Positions 9,300 to 20,700 of a DNA stretch of 54,141 bases are shown piece by piece. Position numbers and translations under genes: made by a program. The notes beneath the pieces were generated by a model. That model saw only the letters and a list, made by a program, of their open reading frames with translations. It was not told the origin of the DNA and ran no database searches. Each line of letters starts with the position of its first letter. Positions within the stretch are counted from its first letter, which is position 1. Source of the DNA: Candidatus Poseidoniaceae archaeon (GTDB taxonomy: Archaea > Thermoplasmatota > Poseidoniia > Poseidoniales > Poseidoniaceae); assembly GCA_965662895.1 (NCBI GenBank), contig CBFIJH010000014.1:1-54141 (forward strand), given 5' to 3'.

Positions 9300-12200
9300 A
9301 TGGAAGAAGACATTGTTGACCACGATTCTGTGGAAGACGATGTCCTCCGACAAAAACAGTTCAGACGAGGAAGTGGAATCGACCTTGGCCAATTTATGAT
9401 TCAAGAACCAGATGAAGGCAACATGGAAGAGAAAATCGTTGTCGAAAAAGAAACCGATGAAGCCGTTGGAGAGGTCGCTTCGTTGTTTTCGAGTGAAGGG
9501 GAACAATCCGACGAACCTGGTGTCATTCAACGCGATGGAACCGTTGCCGAAGCCGCTGCTCCTGACAGCGTTACCGACATGGCTGTGCATGGAGAACGAC
9601 GACTTGGATTCGGTCTTCTTGCTGGAATGGTATTGGTCTGGTCCGTTCTTGGTTGGGTTGTCGGTACAGCCCTTCCGCCGTTCCTTGGGGGACCTCTTCT
9701 CATCATGATGGGACTTTCTGGTTTGTGGGCTGGTGAACGATGGATACCAAACCCTACCATGCATCTACTCGGCGTAACATGGGTCATCATTTCCATGAAA
9801 ATTTTGTACGGATTTGCTTTGGATGTGCACCATTGGGGATGGTTGGATGCCTCTCCTCTTGGAGCCGATCTTTCGCTTGGAATCTTTTTGTTGGTTTTGA
9901 TCGGCTTTAACATCCTTGTTGCGCAACGCCACAATGACGATGCCATCGCTGCTCAAGCGACGCTTGTTCTTCTTGCACTGGGCAGTGCAACAGGTGCATT
10001 GTACGATGAAATTGGCGTCGCAGGAATGATTCTCCTTGGAACACTTTCGATGCACGGACTTGCATTGCATCGACAATCGGGCAATCTTGCCAGTCTCGGT
10101 ATTGCCGTCTCGTATCTATGGATTGGTCTTCATGCTTTTTCGGATGGATGGACAATTGCCACCGTTGAGATTGTCTCCTTCGACGACGATTTGCTGTTGT
10201 TCATGCTGATGTTCGCTGTTACTGCAACCAATGCTGTCATCGCCACACAATTCCACAAAGCAGACAACTGGTTCTCGTCGGGTGCGGAAGCGCTCGGACT
10301 TGGAAAACCCGGATTGTGGGCGATTTCGGTTGGCTTGGGCATGATCGGGGCATTGCTCTCCATTGCAGCAAATCGCGATGAAACGGGATATGCGCTTGCT
10401 CAATTGTTGCTTCTGATGAGTGCTTTTGGCGGTTCATACTTGGCAGTTCGGGGAGTTGCATGGAAACGTCTCGCACCGTTCATTCTCTATCCTGCACCGT
10501 TGTTGTTGATTCTTGTCATTCTGTTCAACCTCGACGTGGTCTCCATCAACATTGCCAGTTTGAGCGGGTACAGCATCTATGCAATTCTTACCGCCATTTT
10601 GACTTCCATTGCCTTGCTTCGAAACCAACAAGCCGTCTCGGACCATGTCCTATGGATTGGTGGCATCATCGTTGTCATTCTGCTCACCATCCTGATTCCT
10701 GCGGAAACGGATGGTTGGCGGTTGTTGGTTGCACAGGCAGCTGTGTGGCTTGGCCTTGCTTGGTTGGGTGTTCAGCGGAAATCCCCATCCATCTCAGGCG
10801 TGGCTGTCCTAGTGCCTTGGATTTGGTTGCTCATGTTCGCCACCGATGTTGAATCTCGGATGTTTTCCAATGATTTCATTCCGGTTGTCTTGAACGAGCA
10901 TCACGTTGCTGCTTGGATGCTGCTGTTGATTCTTCAACAACTCTATGTCAATCTCAGTCAGGGCCAAGCCACACTCAACCTTGCTGGGAGATTGGCAGGC
11001 CTGAGCGAACTCAGTGCTCGAGCACGCGATTCAGGATTGTTGCAATTGTGGAATCTGTCGTTCATTCTGTCTCTGCTGTCCGTATGGGGAATCGCTCGAG
11101 TTGATGGCATGCCCGCATGGGGCCTTCTTGGTGTAATGGCAGCCATCCTCCTGTTTCATGGAACATTGGTTGCTCTCGGCCAACATCGTGGTCAACCCCG
11201 AACGATGTTGATCGCCTGGAGCATTTTTGCCCTTCACTTTGGTTGGAAGTTTGGCCATACCTCCATCTTCGCTGCAACCATGGTTGCTGGTTGCTCGTTG
11301 ATGTTGGCACAGACCGACCAATTGCTTGAAGATAAAAATGAAGCAAAACGAAATCAAACAAACAGCATCGTCACATTCCAACTCCTCGTGATGAGTGCAT
11401 TGATCGCTATTCCCGCATTGCGAAATGAGGCTTCCTTGGAATTGACCAATGCTGAGTGGTTTCCTCAAAACGGCCAAGATGCAATGATGATGGGCGTGAT
11501 TTCACTGGGTACGTTGTTCCACTACATGCGTCGAGTAACGAAGATGGACAAGTTGCTTCCCCCTACGCTGTCGACCGTCGCCATGATTGCCATGATGCTG
11601 TACAGTGGTGTCGTGCTTGAACTTCAGTTCCTAACGACGATGGCCTTGCTGAGTTTCGTTGCTTCAGGCGCGTATCTTGCACTTCAGGGCGAGTGGCGAT
11701 CGGGGATGCGTTCCGTTGCTCGTCGCGATGAACGCTTGAAGGAAATTGAAGCCAAGCAACGCGTGCAAATTGCGTACAACCAAACCTCCGAAGAAACGGG
11801 CGTTCAATTCATTGATCCGAGTATGATTGAATTGGCTGAAAAACAAAAGAAGCGGGCCAGAAGAGCTGGCTCAACCGGTGAACTGGACCTTGAGATCGGT
11901 GATATCCAACATCGACCAAGTATTGTCCTGTCGTTCCTTACTGTGACGATTTTTGCTTCAATCTTTTTTGCATACCTCAGTGGTTCCGGTCTTCTCGCAT
12001 TGCTGTTAATGGGAGGGATGTCCTTCCTGTTCATCAGTCTGGCTCGATTGCGTGCTGATTCCCTGAATTTGCGTTTAACCGATGTTCTCGGAGTTGAAGT
12101 TACCATCGCTGTCACGATGGCGGGATTGGTGTTGGTTCATCTTGCAGCACGGATGACGCAAGGTAGCGTTTTTCTCGATGAACAATACGATTTATTGGCC

Positions 12201-13097
12201 TTGATTGGAGCGCTTGTTGCTATTGGAGGTTTTGCGCTTGTCGGTCGCAACGACCTCGGCGTTCGAATTCCAAACGTTCTCGATATGATCGTCGGTCTGT
12301 TGGTTCTTGATCGTCTCATCGGCGTCCTTGCTGGAGGAGAACTTCCTGTCCCAACCATGACCAATCCACTTGAGTTCACCACCCTCTCATGGACGATTCC
12401 AATCATCGGTAATGAACTTCTTCTCATCGTCGCTGCACTTCTCTGGGATTGGGTTGAACGTGAACGTCAGAAGCGGGGTCTGCAAGACCATCGTGGAGCG
12501 CTTGGCAGAGTTTCCTACGGTTTGTCATTTCTGATTCTCTCGTTCGGACCTGCTGCATTGTTGGGACTGACCTTGATGTTCCTACGTGGATGGGAATGGA
12601 AGCAACCGGCCGTTCTGATGATCGGTTTCATCGTGCTACCTGTCGCACTGAACGAACTTGTATGGTGGATTGAAAGTGAATTTGAGATTCCACTGTTCGA
12701 GATGTGGATGTCATCCGTCGCTATCGGTTGCCTCGGACTTCTCGCTGGAGTCATCGCCACCTACAGCGATGAAGGATTGTGGATATCTGCATCGCTTTGG
12801 GTTGCCCAAGTCTTGTTCATCTTAACGGGAATCTTGTCGCCATCGTTGTTGATGTTTATTCTTTTGATTTTGGCCATGTCAACAACATCGTGGGTCATAG
12901 GCGTTCTCACGCTTCGACGTGGGTGGAGAATCATCGGTTTCCTCAATCTCGTCCTCGCATGGATTGTTGCAAGCGTCTTGATTTACCAAGGCATGACCTC
13001 GCTCGCAGCACTTGCCCTCCTCTTAGCAACGGCCGCACTGCTCGCCATCGTTACCTATCTTACGCAATCAAGAGAAGAATTGCTTGCATCTCAGTGA
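9300..13097 (+). CDS. Very large polytopic membrane protein of unknown function (about 1265 aa)
   Basis: Acidic N-terminal segment, then roughly 30+ hydrophobic helices by eye and one charged coiled loop. Start MEEDIV at 9300 (the ORF-track start overlaps pckA). Confidence 0.8.
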   Translation: MEEDIVDHDSVEDDVLRQKQFRRGSGIDLGQFMIQEPDEGNMEEKIVVEKETDEAVGEVASLFSSEGEQSDEPGVIQRDGTVAEAAAPDSVTDMAVHGERRLGFGLLAGMVLVWSVLGWVVGTALPPFLGGPLLIMMGLSGLWAGERWIPNPTMHLLGVTWVIISMKILYGFALDVHHWGWLDASPLGADLSLGIFLLVLIGFNILVAQRHNDDAIAAQATLVLLALGSATGALYDEIGVAGMILLGTLSMHGLALHRQSGNLASLGIAVSYLWIGLHAFSDGWTIATVEIVSFDDDLLLFMLMFAVTATNAVIATQFHKADNWFSSGAEALGLGKPGLWAISVGLGMIGALLSIAANRDETGYALAQLLLLMSAFGGSYLAVRGVAWKRLAPFILYPAPLLLILVILFNLDVVSINIASLSGYSIYAILTAILTSIALLRNQQAVSDHVLWIGGIIVVILLTILIPAETDGWRLLVAQAAVWLGLAWLGVQRKSPSISGVAVLVPWIWLLMFATDVESRMFSNDFIPVVLNEHHVAAWMLLLILQQLYVNLSQGQATLNLAGRLAGLSELSARARDSGLLQLWNLSFILSLLSVWGIARVDGMPAWGLLGVMAAILLFHGTLVALGQHRGQPRTMLIAWSIFALHFGWKFGHTSIFAATMVAGCSLMLAQTDQLLEDKNEAKRNQTNSIVTFQLLVMSALIAIPALRNEASLELTNAEWFPQNGQDAMMMGVISLGTLFHYMRRVTKMDKLLPPTLSTVAMIAMMLYSGVVLELQFLTTMALLSFVASGAYLALQGEWRSGMRSVARRDERLKEIEAKQRVQIAYNQTSEETGVQFIDPSMIELAEKQKKRARRAGSTGELDLEIGDIQHRPSIVLSFLTVTIFASIFFAYLSGSGLLALLLMGGMSFLFISLARLRADSLNLRLTDVLGVEVTIAVTMAGLVLVHLAARMTQGSVFLDEQYDLLALIGALVAIGGFALVGRNDLGVRIPNVLDMIVGLLVLDRLIGVLAGGELPVPTMTNPLEFTTLSWTIPIIGNELLLIVAALLWDWVERERQKRGLQDHRGALGRVSYGLSFLILSFGPAALLGLTLMFLRGWEWKQPAVLMIGFIVLPVALNELVWWIESEFEIPLFEMWMSSVAIGCLGLLAGVIATYSDEGLWISASLWVAQVLFILTGILSPSLLMFILLILAMSTTSWVIGVLTLRRGWRIIGFLNLVLAWIVASVLIYQGMTSLAALALLLATAALLAIVTYLTQSREELLASQ

Positions 13098-14683
13098 GCG
13101 ACTGGATTGAACGTTCGCAACAACAGATTTTGCACCGATCGCATCATCAACATGGCATCAAATCCAGGATCAGGTTCAGAAAAACGCAGACTCAAACTGG
13201 TCTTTGCCTGTGTCCCACTGTTGCGTACTCCGAAACTCACATCCATTCCATTGAATTGACATCGGATCAACATCAAATTGGATTCGCCTTCCAATCCTGT
13301 TCGATTCCATTCAGTTACGTCCCCTGCCTGTTCAAGGTGGGTTCTGACCATCGATTCGACAACATCCGACAATTCGTTTGTTCCGTCCCACATCCAACGG
13401 TTTGGATTTTTGACGCTCAGACGCTTCTTCCATCCTTTTTCCATCAAATCGTTTCCAGTACGTTGGAACGCAAGCAATGCGAGAAGGAGCGTCATGGCGC
13501 CATCGCCAACGAGACTCCATGCGTCGTTGTTGAATGGGTGAGGAGAGGGGAACACAATATGCCCTGAGTCTTCAATACCGAAGAGCAAGGGTTGTTGGTT
13601 CTGAATCGGTAAAAATGGCTTCAGTGCGTGCGATAGCCATCGATCACCGACTGCAGTTTCGTACCCGTTCATGTCAACACTTTCCTCAATGCCTGATAGG
13701 AGTTTCAAATTTGATTCAATACTCGCTGCAACCTTCCATGGACGTGGGCATGCACGCAAAATGGCATCAGCAATGTCATCACCATCAACAACCTCAACTC
13801 CATCCTTTGTTTCTCGAACCAGCAAGCATCGATCTCCATCGCCATCGAGTGCAGCCCCAACAATCGAGCCATGGCCCTGCGGAGAAAGCGATTCAATAAG
13901 CAAATGCCCACTTTTCCCGACCTCGTTCCATGTCCAAGATTGACCAGGAGACAGTTCTCCAGCCCCACATCCATCGTTCATTGCAACCGCTCGATGGCTG
14001 ACTTCCTCAACTCGTAGGCCCTGTTTTTGCAACCACGCTGCAAGCCACTGGGCTGCATGACCTTTGGAGGAATCCAGATGAATACGGTTGAATCCGGAAA
14101 GATTGGAATCAAACAACGGTTTGGCGAGTTCAAGCCTCCGCTCCAACCAATGTGCATGGTCGACGGTATGCAAAGAATCCGGGACCATCCACGCTTGTCG
14201 ATCGTCGTCATCAATTTCTCGATCTTCTTGCGAAAGAGAATAGGCTGTTTCTGAAACGAGCGTTTCGTAGGCTGGCATCGATTTGCGGCCCTTTGAATCG
14301 AACACCTTGAGACCTGAATCGTCAACAGGATTGTGGCTTGCAGTAATCATGCAGCCTAGGCGTGAATTTGTTTCAAGGACTGCATAATGAAGCATCGGTG
14401 TCGACACACATCCTGCATGAATGACGTTGCAATTTGATGCATGAAGGCCAAGTGTCAACCATGCTGCAAGTGTCTCATTGTGTGGCCTTTCGTCCCATCC
14501 AATGATTATCTGGCTTCCCTCTCCATCCTCAGGCAAACAACGACCGAGTGCTTCTCCAAGTAATTTCATCAGTTGTGGAGTAAACAAACGCTCTTCGACA
14601 AGACGTGAAAGTGCTTCCTCATCGTCGCATGAATCGATCGAAACACGTCCACGTATGCCATCGGTTCCGAACAGATTGGCCAT
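13091..14683 (-). CDS. glmM: Phosphoglucosamine mutase / alpha-phosphohexomutase family
   Basis: LFGTDGIRG, ITASHNP (phospho-Ser), DGDGDR, GIEDSGH and RNSGTQ; adjacent to a GlmU-like gene. The exact substrate is inferred. Confidence 0.8.
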   Translation of the reverse strand: MANLFGTDGIRGRVSIDSCDDEEALSRLVEERLFTPQLMKLLGEALGRCLPEDGEGSQIIIGWDERPHNETLAAWLTLGLHASNCNVIHAGCVSTPMLHYAVLETNSRLGCMITASHNPVDDSGLKVFDSKGRKSMPAYETLVSETAYSLSQEDREIDDDDRQAWMVPDSLHTVDHAHWLERRLELAKPLFDSNLSGFNRIHLDSSKGHAAQWLAAWLQKQGLRVEEVSHRAVAMNDGCGAGELSPGQSWTWNEVGKSGHLLIESLSPQGHGSIVGAALDGDGDRCLLVRETKDGVEVVDGDDIADAILRACPRPWKVAASIESNLKLLSGIEESVDMNGYETAVGDRWLSHALKPFLPIQNQQPLLFGIEDSGHIVFPSPHPFNNDAWSLVGDGAMTLLLALLAFQRTGNDLMEKGWKKRLSVKNPNRWMWDGTNELSDVVESMVRTHLEQAGDVTEWNRTGLEGESNLMLIRCQFNGMDVSFGVRNSGTQAKTSLSLRFSEPDPGFDAMLMMRSVQNLLLRTFNPVAH

Positions 14684-14692
14684 AACCTTCCC

Positions 14693-15373
14693 TCAACGAA
14701 CAATGCTTCCATCGGAATGATATCCACTCACGGTGGTGTTTGGATGAACCATACACGATTTGCCAAGAACCGTTCCAGGATTTGTTACCGCATTGCAACC
14801 AAGCTGCGTATCATCTCCGAGTATGGCTCCAAACTTACGCAATCCTGTCTCTCTGCGAACATCATGTAGCCAAATTCCTATGTTTTTCCCATCGTTTCGC
14901 AAATTTGACAGCTTAACTCCAGCGCCAAGGTTCACATTCGAGCCAAGAATGGAATCACCAACATAGTTGAAGTGTGGCGCCTTCGCACCCGGAAGGAACA
15001 ACGAATGCTTTGATTCGCTGGCATGACCGAGAAGACTGCCCGTCATCATCCATGTGTACTCTCGGACGTACGCATGGGAACGTATGGTTGCATTCGCTTC
15101 AATGAAACATGGTCCGATCAAATGGACATGCGGTTCGACAATAGCTCCTTCTTCAACATGAACGGCGCCCTTTTGTTCATCGATGGTGACGAAATCAACA
15201 CCTTGAGGATGTTTCGAGCCAACATCTGAGAGTTTTGCATCGAGTTGTCGTTTCAGATTGGCAGGATTGTCAGGATCCAACAAAAGCCACGCAGGTTGCC
15301 CTTTTCCAATCATGCTGCATGCATCTTCTGAGGAGAACAGGGCTTCTGTTTTGACTCCCTCAGGCCAGTCCAT
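14693..15373 (-). CDS. GlmU-like left-handed beta-helix acetyltransferase (acetyltransferase part only)
   Basis: Hexapeptide repeats; APHFNYVGDSILG..VNLGAG..SNLR.D and RKFGAILGD..QLGCNAVTNPG as in the archaeal GlmU C-domain. No nucleotidyltransferase LAAGxGxR motif. Confidence 0.85.
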   Translation of the reverse strand: MDWPEGVKTEALFSSEDACSMIGKGQPAWLLLDPDNPANLKRQLDAKLSDVGSKHPQGVDFVTIDEQKGAVHVEEGAIVEPHVHLIGPCFIEANATIRSHAYVREYTWMMTGSLLGHASESKHSLFLPGAKAPHFNYVGDSILGSNVNLGAGVKLSNLRNDGKNIGIWLHDVRRETGLRKFGAILGDDTQLGCNAVTNPGTVLGKSCMVHPNTTVSGYHSDGSIVR

Positions 15374-15409
15374 GAACCTTGGAGGAGCCTTGCTGCATTG
15401 AATGTTTGG

Positions 15410-15670
15410 TCAACCCATGGCGTGATAGATACGCTTCCCTGTGGTTGCATCGAGTTTGAAACCGATGATGTTCTTCATGTGACGCGGAATGAAATATCCA
15501 ATCTTGCGTGCAGTAAGACCATGATTTCTCATCTTGCGTTCGTTGGACAGGTATGCAACAATATCCGCTGCTGAGCAACCAGGGCGATCTTCAATGTATG
15601 TTGCAATCTCTGACTTGAGTCGCTCTAAGCGTGCGTTCTTTTGACTGCCTTTTCCTTTCAATCCGACCAT
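15410..15670 (-). CDS. Small basic putative winged-helix DNA-binding protein (86 aa)
   Basis: MVGLKGKG...IATYIEDRPGCSAADIVAYL...LTARKIGYFI...GKRIY. The upstream part of the track ORF is antisense to thioredoxin, so the start is set at 15670. Confidence 0.65.
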   Translation of the reverse strand: MVGLKGKGSQKNARLERLKSEIATYIEDRPGCSAADIVAYLSNERKMRNHGLTARKIGYFIPRHMKNIIGFKLDATTGKRIYHAMG

Positions 15671-15776
15671 ATATTCTAGTTGTTTTCTGAGGTATATCAA
15701 ACAACGATGGGATGCCCATGGGCGTCCCATGATTTTGCCACCAAAGGTTCTTGAAACCACTGCCATCGCAACAGTC

Positions 15777-16106
15777 ATGGGCGAAGTAAAAGCAGTTACA
15801 GATTCCGAGTTCGAAAGCACACTCAGTGAAAACGAGTGGGTTTTGGTTGACTTTTGGGCGGAATGGTGCGGCCCATGCAAAGCCATTGCTCCAATCCTCA
15901 ACGACCTTGCAGGCGAACGGGATATCCTTGTTGCAAAGGTCGATACCGATGCGAATACCATGAATGCAGCACGTCTCGGCGTCCGTGGAATTCCTGCATT
16001 GTTCCTGTTCCGAAACGGTTCGATGGTCGACAACAAAAGCGGTATGATGTCCAAAGCGGCCTTGACCACGTGGGTCGATAACCACATGAATGCAGACGAT
16101 TTCTGA
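15777..16106 (+). CDS. trxA: Thioredoxin
   Basis: VLVDFWAEWCGPCK, KVDTD and GVRGIP. Start MGEVK. Confidence 0.95.
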   Translation: MGEVKAVTDSEFESTLSENEWVLVDFWAEWCGPCKAIAPILNDLAGERDILVAKVDTDANTMNAARLGVRGIPALFLFRNGSMVDNKSGMMSKAALTTWVDNHMNADDF

Positions 16107-16107
16107 T

Positions 16108-17658
16108 TTATTGAACTCGGTCTCGGCGTTCGGTTTCGACAGAGCCGACCTCTCTTACAAGCCGCTCGCGTAATGCTTCATGGAGCCACATTCCTTGCTC
16201 CAATTCGATAAGTAAGCCATAGTCAAGCAAGCGCTGCGGTGGCAATCCTTCCCAACCCAAACTCCTCGCAAGGATCTTCCATTGAATCGGTTTTTCAGCA
16301 ACTGCGAGTGTTGCAAGAAGTTCGCGCTCATCATCAGGAAGCGGTGCAAGAATCTCCTCGTCAAGGAAACGCAACCAATCTTCGTGCGTTGGCTTTCCAT
16401 ACAATTCGAGCATTTCGATGGCCAATGGATGCCCTCCGGTTCGCTCATGAACATCGCTCGCGTCAACACCGTTGAGTTCCAATTCCTCCAACCAGCGGGA
16501 GGTTTCATCCAGCGATAAGCCAGACAGTGGCAACTCCTCAACAATGTCTCGCAGGTGGACGTCTCTTCGATCGTAGAAATCCAAGGAGGTTCTGGAAACC
16601 AAGACAAATCGAAGTGGCGTCTTTTGAGAGATTTGCAACAACGCTCCGAGGAGATTCTTCGATTCGGATGCAATGTGGTGCACGTCATCCAAAACGATGA
16701 GCCAATACGGAGGCGGGCCACCAGGCGCTATTGAGAACCGCTCTCGAACAGTGTACGCATCGGTCAAGTAAGCAAGCAATCGACGTCGCCAAGTATCAAC
16801 ATCCAGCGGAGCTCCTGGACGAAGTGGTAGTGTTTCGATGAGGTTGTACGGGTCATGTTTCTCGTCGATTCCGAAACGATGCAAGAGACTTACAGCAAGA
16901 CCGACCTCTCGATCCCAGGGTTGACAAGGATACCAACAAACGGATAGGTTCGGTTGTTTGTCTTGTTTTCCAGACAACCATTCAGCAACCAATGTTGATT
17001 TCCCAATACCTGCAATTCCTGATACAACTGCAAACGGAGAACGACCCTCGAACCAATCGTCCAAGCGCTTGAGTTCCGTATCCCGTCCACGCATTTTCCG
17101 GGTTTGTGGCGCACTTGTGTGATACGTCGCATGGACACCTGCAAGTGGTTGAAGTCGTCCGGGCGGAGGGGTTGCATCCTCATCGTCTTGCGTCTTGATG
17201 AGGCCAAATCGGATATCGCCCCACGTCAACACGCCCTCGTGTTGAGCATGAAGGAGAACTTGCAACAGGGACATGTCTGAAGCCAAACGATCTGCTGCCC
17301 CCTTTGATTCAATTTCGAGAAGTTGTCCGTCCTTGTCGCGCAGCAGAACTTTGGTCTCGCCGAGTTTTTCTGTACGCAATTGTGCCATGGCTCTGCCTTC
17401 CTCTGTCAACTGCCATGTTTTTTGCCGCCGATCATCGTTTTGAATGGAGCGCGTGTGTTCACTTACCCACCCTTTTCGAACAAGGTTTCGCATCGTCCGA
17501 CTGACGTTCGGAGGGTGTTGAGCGCACGCCTCTGCAATACCTGGTCGTGTTAATGCAGCCGTGACAATGAAACGGTCAGCAAGATGGTCATGATGGAGAA
17601 GATGGAGTAAGACGCGGTCCGAGACAGCGACGTTGACTTTTGGCAACCCCTCGGCCAT
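16108..17658 (-). CDS. MarR-like wHTH fused to a P-loop (STAND/NACHT-like) ATPase
   Basis: LTRPGIAEAC..HPPNVSRTMRNLVRKGWV...WQLTEEG; GRDTEL, Walker A GIAGIGKST, Walker B LIVLDDVH, GGHPLAI and LHEALR (MHD-like). Confidence 0.82.
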   Translation of the reverse strand: MAEGLPKVNVAVSDRVLLHLLHHDHLADRFIVTAALTRPGIAEACAQHPPNVSRTMRNLVRKGWVSEHTRSIQNDDRRQKTWQLTEEGRAMAQLRTEKLGETKVLLRDKDGQLLEIESKGAADRLASDMSLLQVLLHAQHEGVLTWGDIRFGLIKTQDDEDATPPPGRLQPLAGVHATYHTSAPQTRKMRGRDTELKRLDDWFEGRSPFAVVSGIAGIGKSTLVAEWLSGKQDKQPNLSVCWYPCQPWDREVGLAVSLLHRFGIDEKHDPYNLIETLPLRPGAPLDVDTWRRRLLAYLTDAYTVRERFSIAPGGPPPYWLIVLDDVHHIASESKNLLGALLQISQKTPLRFVLVSRTSLDFYDRRDVHLRDIVEELPLSGLSLDETSRWLEELELNGVDASDVHERTGGHPLAIEMLELYGKPTHEDWLRFLDEEILAPLPDDERELLATLAVAEKPIQWKILARSLGWEGLPPQRLLDYGLLIELEQGMWLHEALRERLVREVGSVETERRDRVQ

Positions 17659-17760
17659 GAACAACTCTAGAGAATATCACGTTCAAGCGTTCCGATTCCT
17701 TGTGTTTCAGTTTGAACAGAAAGACCACAACCCCTAATAGCAAATGAATATCCCAGAACT

Positions 17761-20700
17761 ATGCGATTCTCTTCGAGAGACAACAGGGGGGCGTGCTGGC
17801 TCCTGGTCTTTCTCATGATGGGGCTTGTCGTAACTCCGCTGGGCGTCCACGCTGCAGACGCTGATGGTGACGGCGTAGAGAACACGCTTGATGACTGTCC
17901 GTATGCGAGCGGTACATCGACGGTCGACCGCGATGGTTGTCCAGACAGAGACGGTGATGGAACCTCAGATTTCTTGGATGGATGGACCAGTCAAAACCCG
18001 AATTTCGTTCTTGATGTCAACAATCCACGCTCCACGGAATTCAACGATGTTGATTTTTCTCCCGATGGTTCAGAGGTTGCCACATCAAGTGACGATGGAT
18101 ACATCCGAATCTGGAATGCCTCGACAGGACAAAACACGCGTTCAGTTATCGCTGTATCCAACGGTGGAACTGGAAAACTCTCGTGGTCGGCAGACGGTCG
18201 ATTCATTGGCGTAACATCGCAAGCCGCGGATGAGTTTGACATCTACTATGCGTCGAATCTCACGTCCGTCCACGGTCCTCTATCATCCGATGTCGGTGGT
18301 GGCGATTATACCTATGACATCGATATCTCCCCGGATGGAACAAAGGCGGCGGTTGCAATAGGACGATCAAACAACGGAGGCACGAACGGTGTTGTTCGCG
18401 TTGTTGACGTCATCAATGGAACGGTCATGCAGAATCTCAATCCCGGCAGCGAAAACCGATTCCATTCTGTCGATTTCTCACCGAGTGGTTCGCACATCGC
18501 CATCGGTACAACGGGCGACTATTACGTCGTCGATGCAACGAGTTGGTCCACCATTCGAAGCGAAAGTGGTCCTGCTGGAACCGTCAATTCCATTGCGTGG
18601 TCCCCGAGTGGAGAACACATCGCCGTTTGCGAGGGGTATGTCAACAGCCAAGGTGGATCTCGAATTCGTGTGTATGAAGCGGATGTTTGGTCCAATACAT
18701 GGACGAAATCTGGCTCAACTTCGTGTTATTCGACGGACTTCTCACCCGACGGAAATCAGGTTGTCTTTGGCATGGGCTGGTATGCTGGCGACGGTGCAAC
18801 AGCAAAGATTTACGAAATTTCAAGCGGCAACCTCATCGACACATTCTCGCAAAGTCGCCCCGGGGGTTGCAGTTCAACCCAAAACAACCAGTGCGGTCAA
18901 AACAACGGAGTCTCTTGGTCACCAGATGGCGTCTACATCGCTCAAGCATTTGGTCGCAACAACGAAGGTTTCTACATTTGGAAGAGCGACCTTGACCCCG
19001 ACAACGACGGTTGGAACACCACCGATCAAGGCGATGGGAAGGTCGACGAATTCCCCGATGATGGGACGCAATGGGAGGATTCAGATTCGGACGGATATGG
19101 CGACAACCCTGCACCAGCCCTGAATCCTGATGCATGTCCGCTCGTGTTTGGTAATTCCACGATGGACCAATTCGGATGTCCTGATGCTGACGGTGACGGA
19201 TACTCCGATGCAAACGATTGGGCTCCAGGCAACAAGGAGCAATGGGTGGACGCTGACAGTGATGGTTTCGGCGACAACTATCTCTACGATGTGGCCTCCA
19301 ACCAACTTCACATCAATCAACGGGGCGATGCTTTTCCAACAGATTCAACGCAATGGAACGACACCGATGGTGATGGTTTCGGCGACAACTACGAAGATGC
19401 ATCTTGGGATGAATACCGCTCACCTGATTGGCCCGGTGAAATCGTTGCCGGTGCACAAAACATCGACGTTTTCCCTCTTGACCGAACCCAGTGGCGAGAT
19501 ACGGACGGAGATTGGGTTGGCGACGAGCAAATGAGTGACCGCGCTGATGGTTGTCCAACAGTTTGGGGCAATTCGACCTACGACCGACTTGGTTGCCTCG
19601 ATACGGACGGGGACGGATATTCCGACCCCGATGCGAACTGGCCAGCGAAAACCGATTGTTACGGAGCGGACGCGTTTCCGACGGACCCTACACAATGGTG
19701 CGATGAGGACAACGACGGCTTTGGAAGCAATCCGGATGGGAACAACGCCGATGATTGCCCAAGCAAAGCTGGGCCATCGACCGAAGACCAGTACGGTTGC
19801 CCCGATCGCGATGGAGACGGTTACTCCAACACTGGCGATCCCTTCCCAGACGATGGTACGCAATGGGAAGATTCCGATGGCGACAATTACGGAGACAATC
19901 CTGATGGCAACAATCCCGACTTCTTCCCCAACGATGCGTCACAGTGGCGCGACTCGGACGGAGACGGATACGGCGACAATCCCGGTGGCAACAACGGCGA
20001 TCGGTTCCCGAACGACCCAACCCAGTGGTCGGATGCAGACAACGACGGGTATGGTGACAACTTTGTTGATGCCGATGGTGATGGTGTCTCCGAAGGAAAC
20101 TCAGATGTTTGTCCACAAACCTACGGTGAATCGAATTCTGCAGCCTCTCGTGGCTGCCCTGATTCCGACGGAGACGGTTACACCGATCCAGAGGATGCCT
20201 TCCCTGACCAACCACTCCAGTGGGCAGACCAAGATGGGGATGGATTCGGGGACAATGTCCAATTTACGGACGGTGACGAATGTGTTGATGTTTACGGTAA
20301 GAGTACCGAGAACGGCGTTCAAGGGTGTCCAGATTCGGACGGAGATGGGCACGCTGATCCATTCGGTGAGTTCGTTGCTGAACCGGATTGTTCAGGAGCT
20401 GACGCATTCCCAGACGACTCGCTCCAATGGTGCGACAAGGATGGCGATGGTATTGGAGACAACTATCAAGTCTCGAACAAAACCGTCATCGATGAAGAAA
20501 ATCCAGGATTGATGATTGAACTATGCGAACACATTGGTGATGCTTTCCCGAACGATGTGACCCAATGGTCCGACATCGATTGCGATGGTCGTGGTGACAA
20601 TGCAACCGGTATCGCTCCTGATGCGTTCCCGCTGCGAAAGACACAGCAAGATGACAACGATGGTGATGGATATGGAAACAATTTCACCAACGGTGCGTAC

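Noticed and set aside
19535-20512. 325-aa alternative-frame ORF and the many antisense ORFs in the track
   Set aside because: Shadows of codon bias in real genes; no recognisable motifs or start signals.
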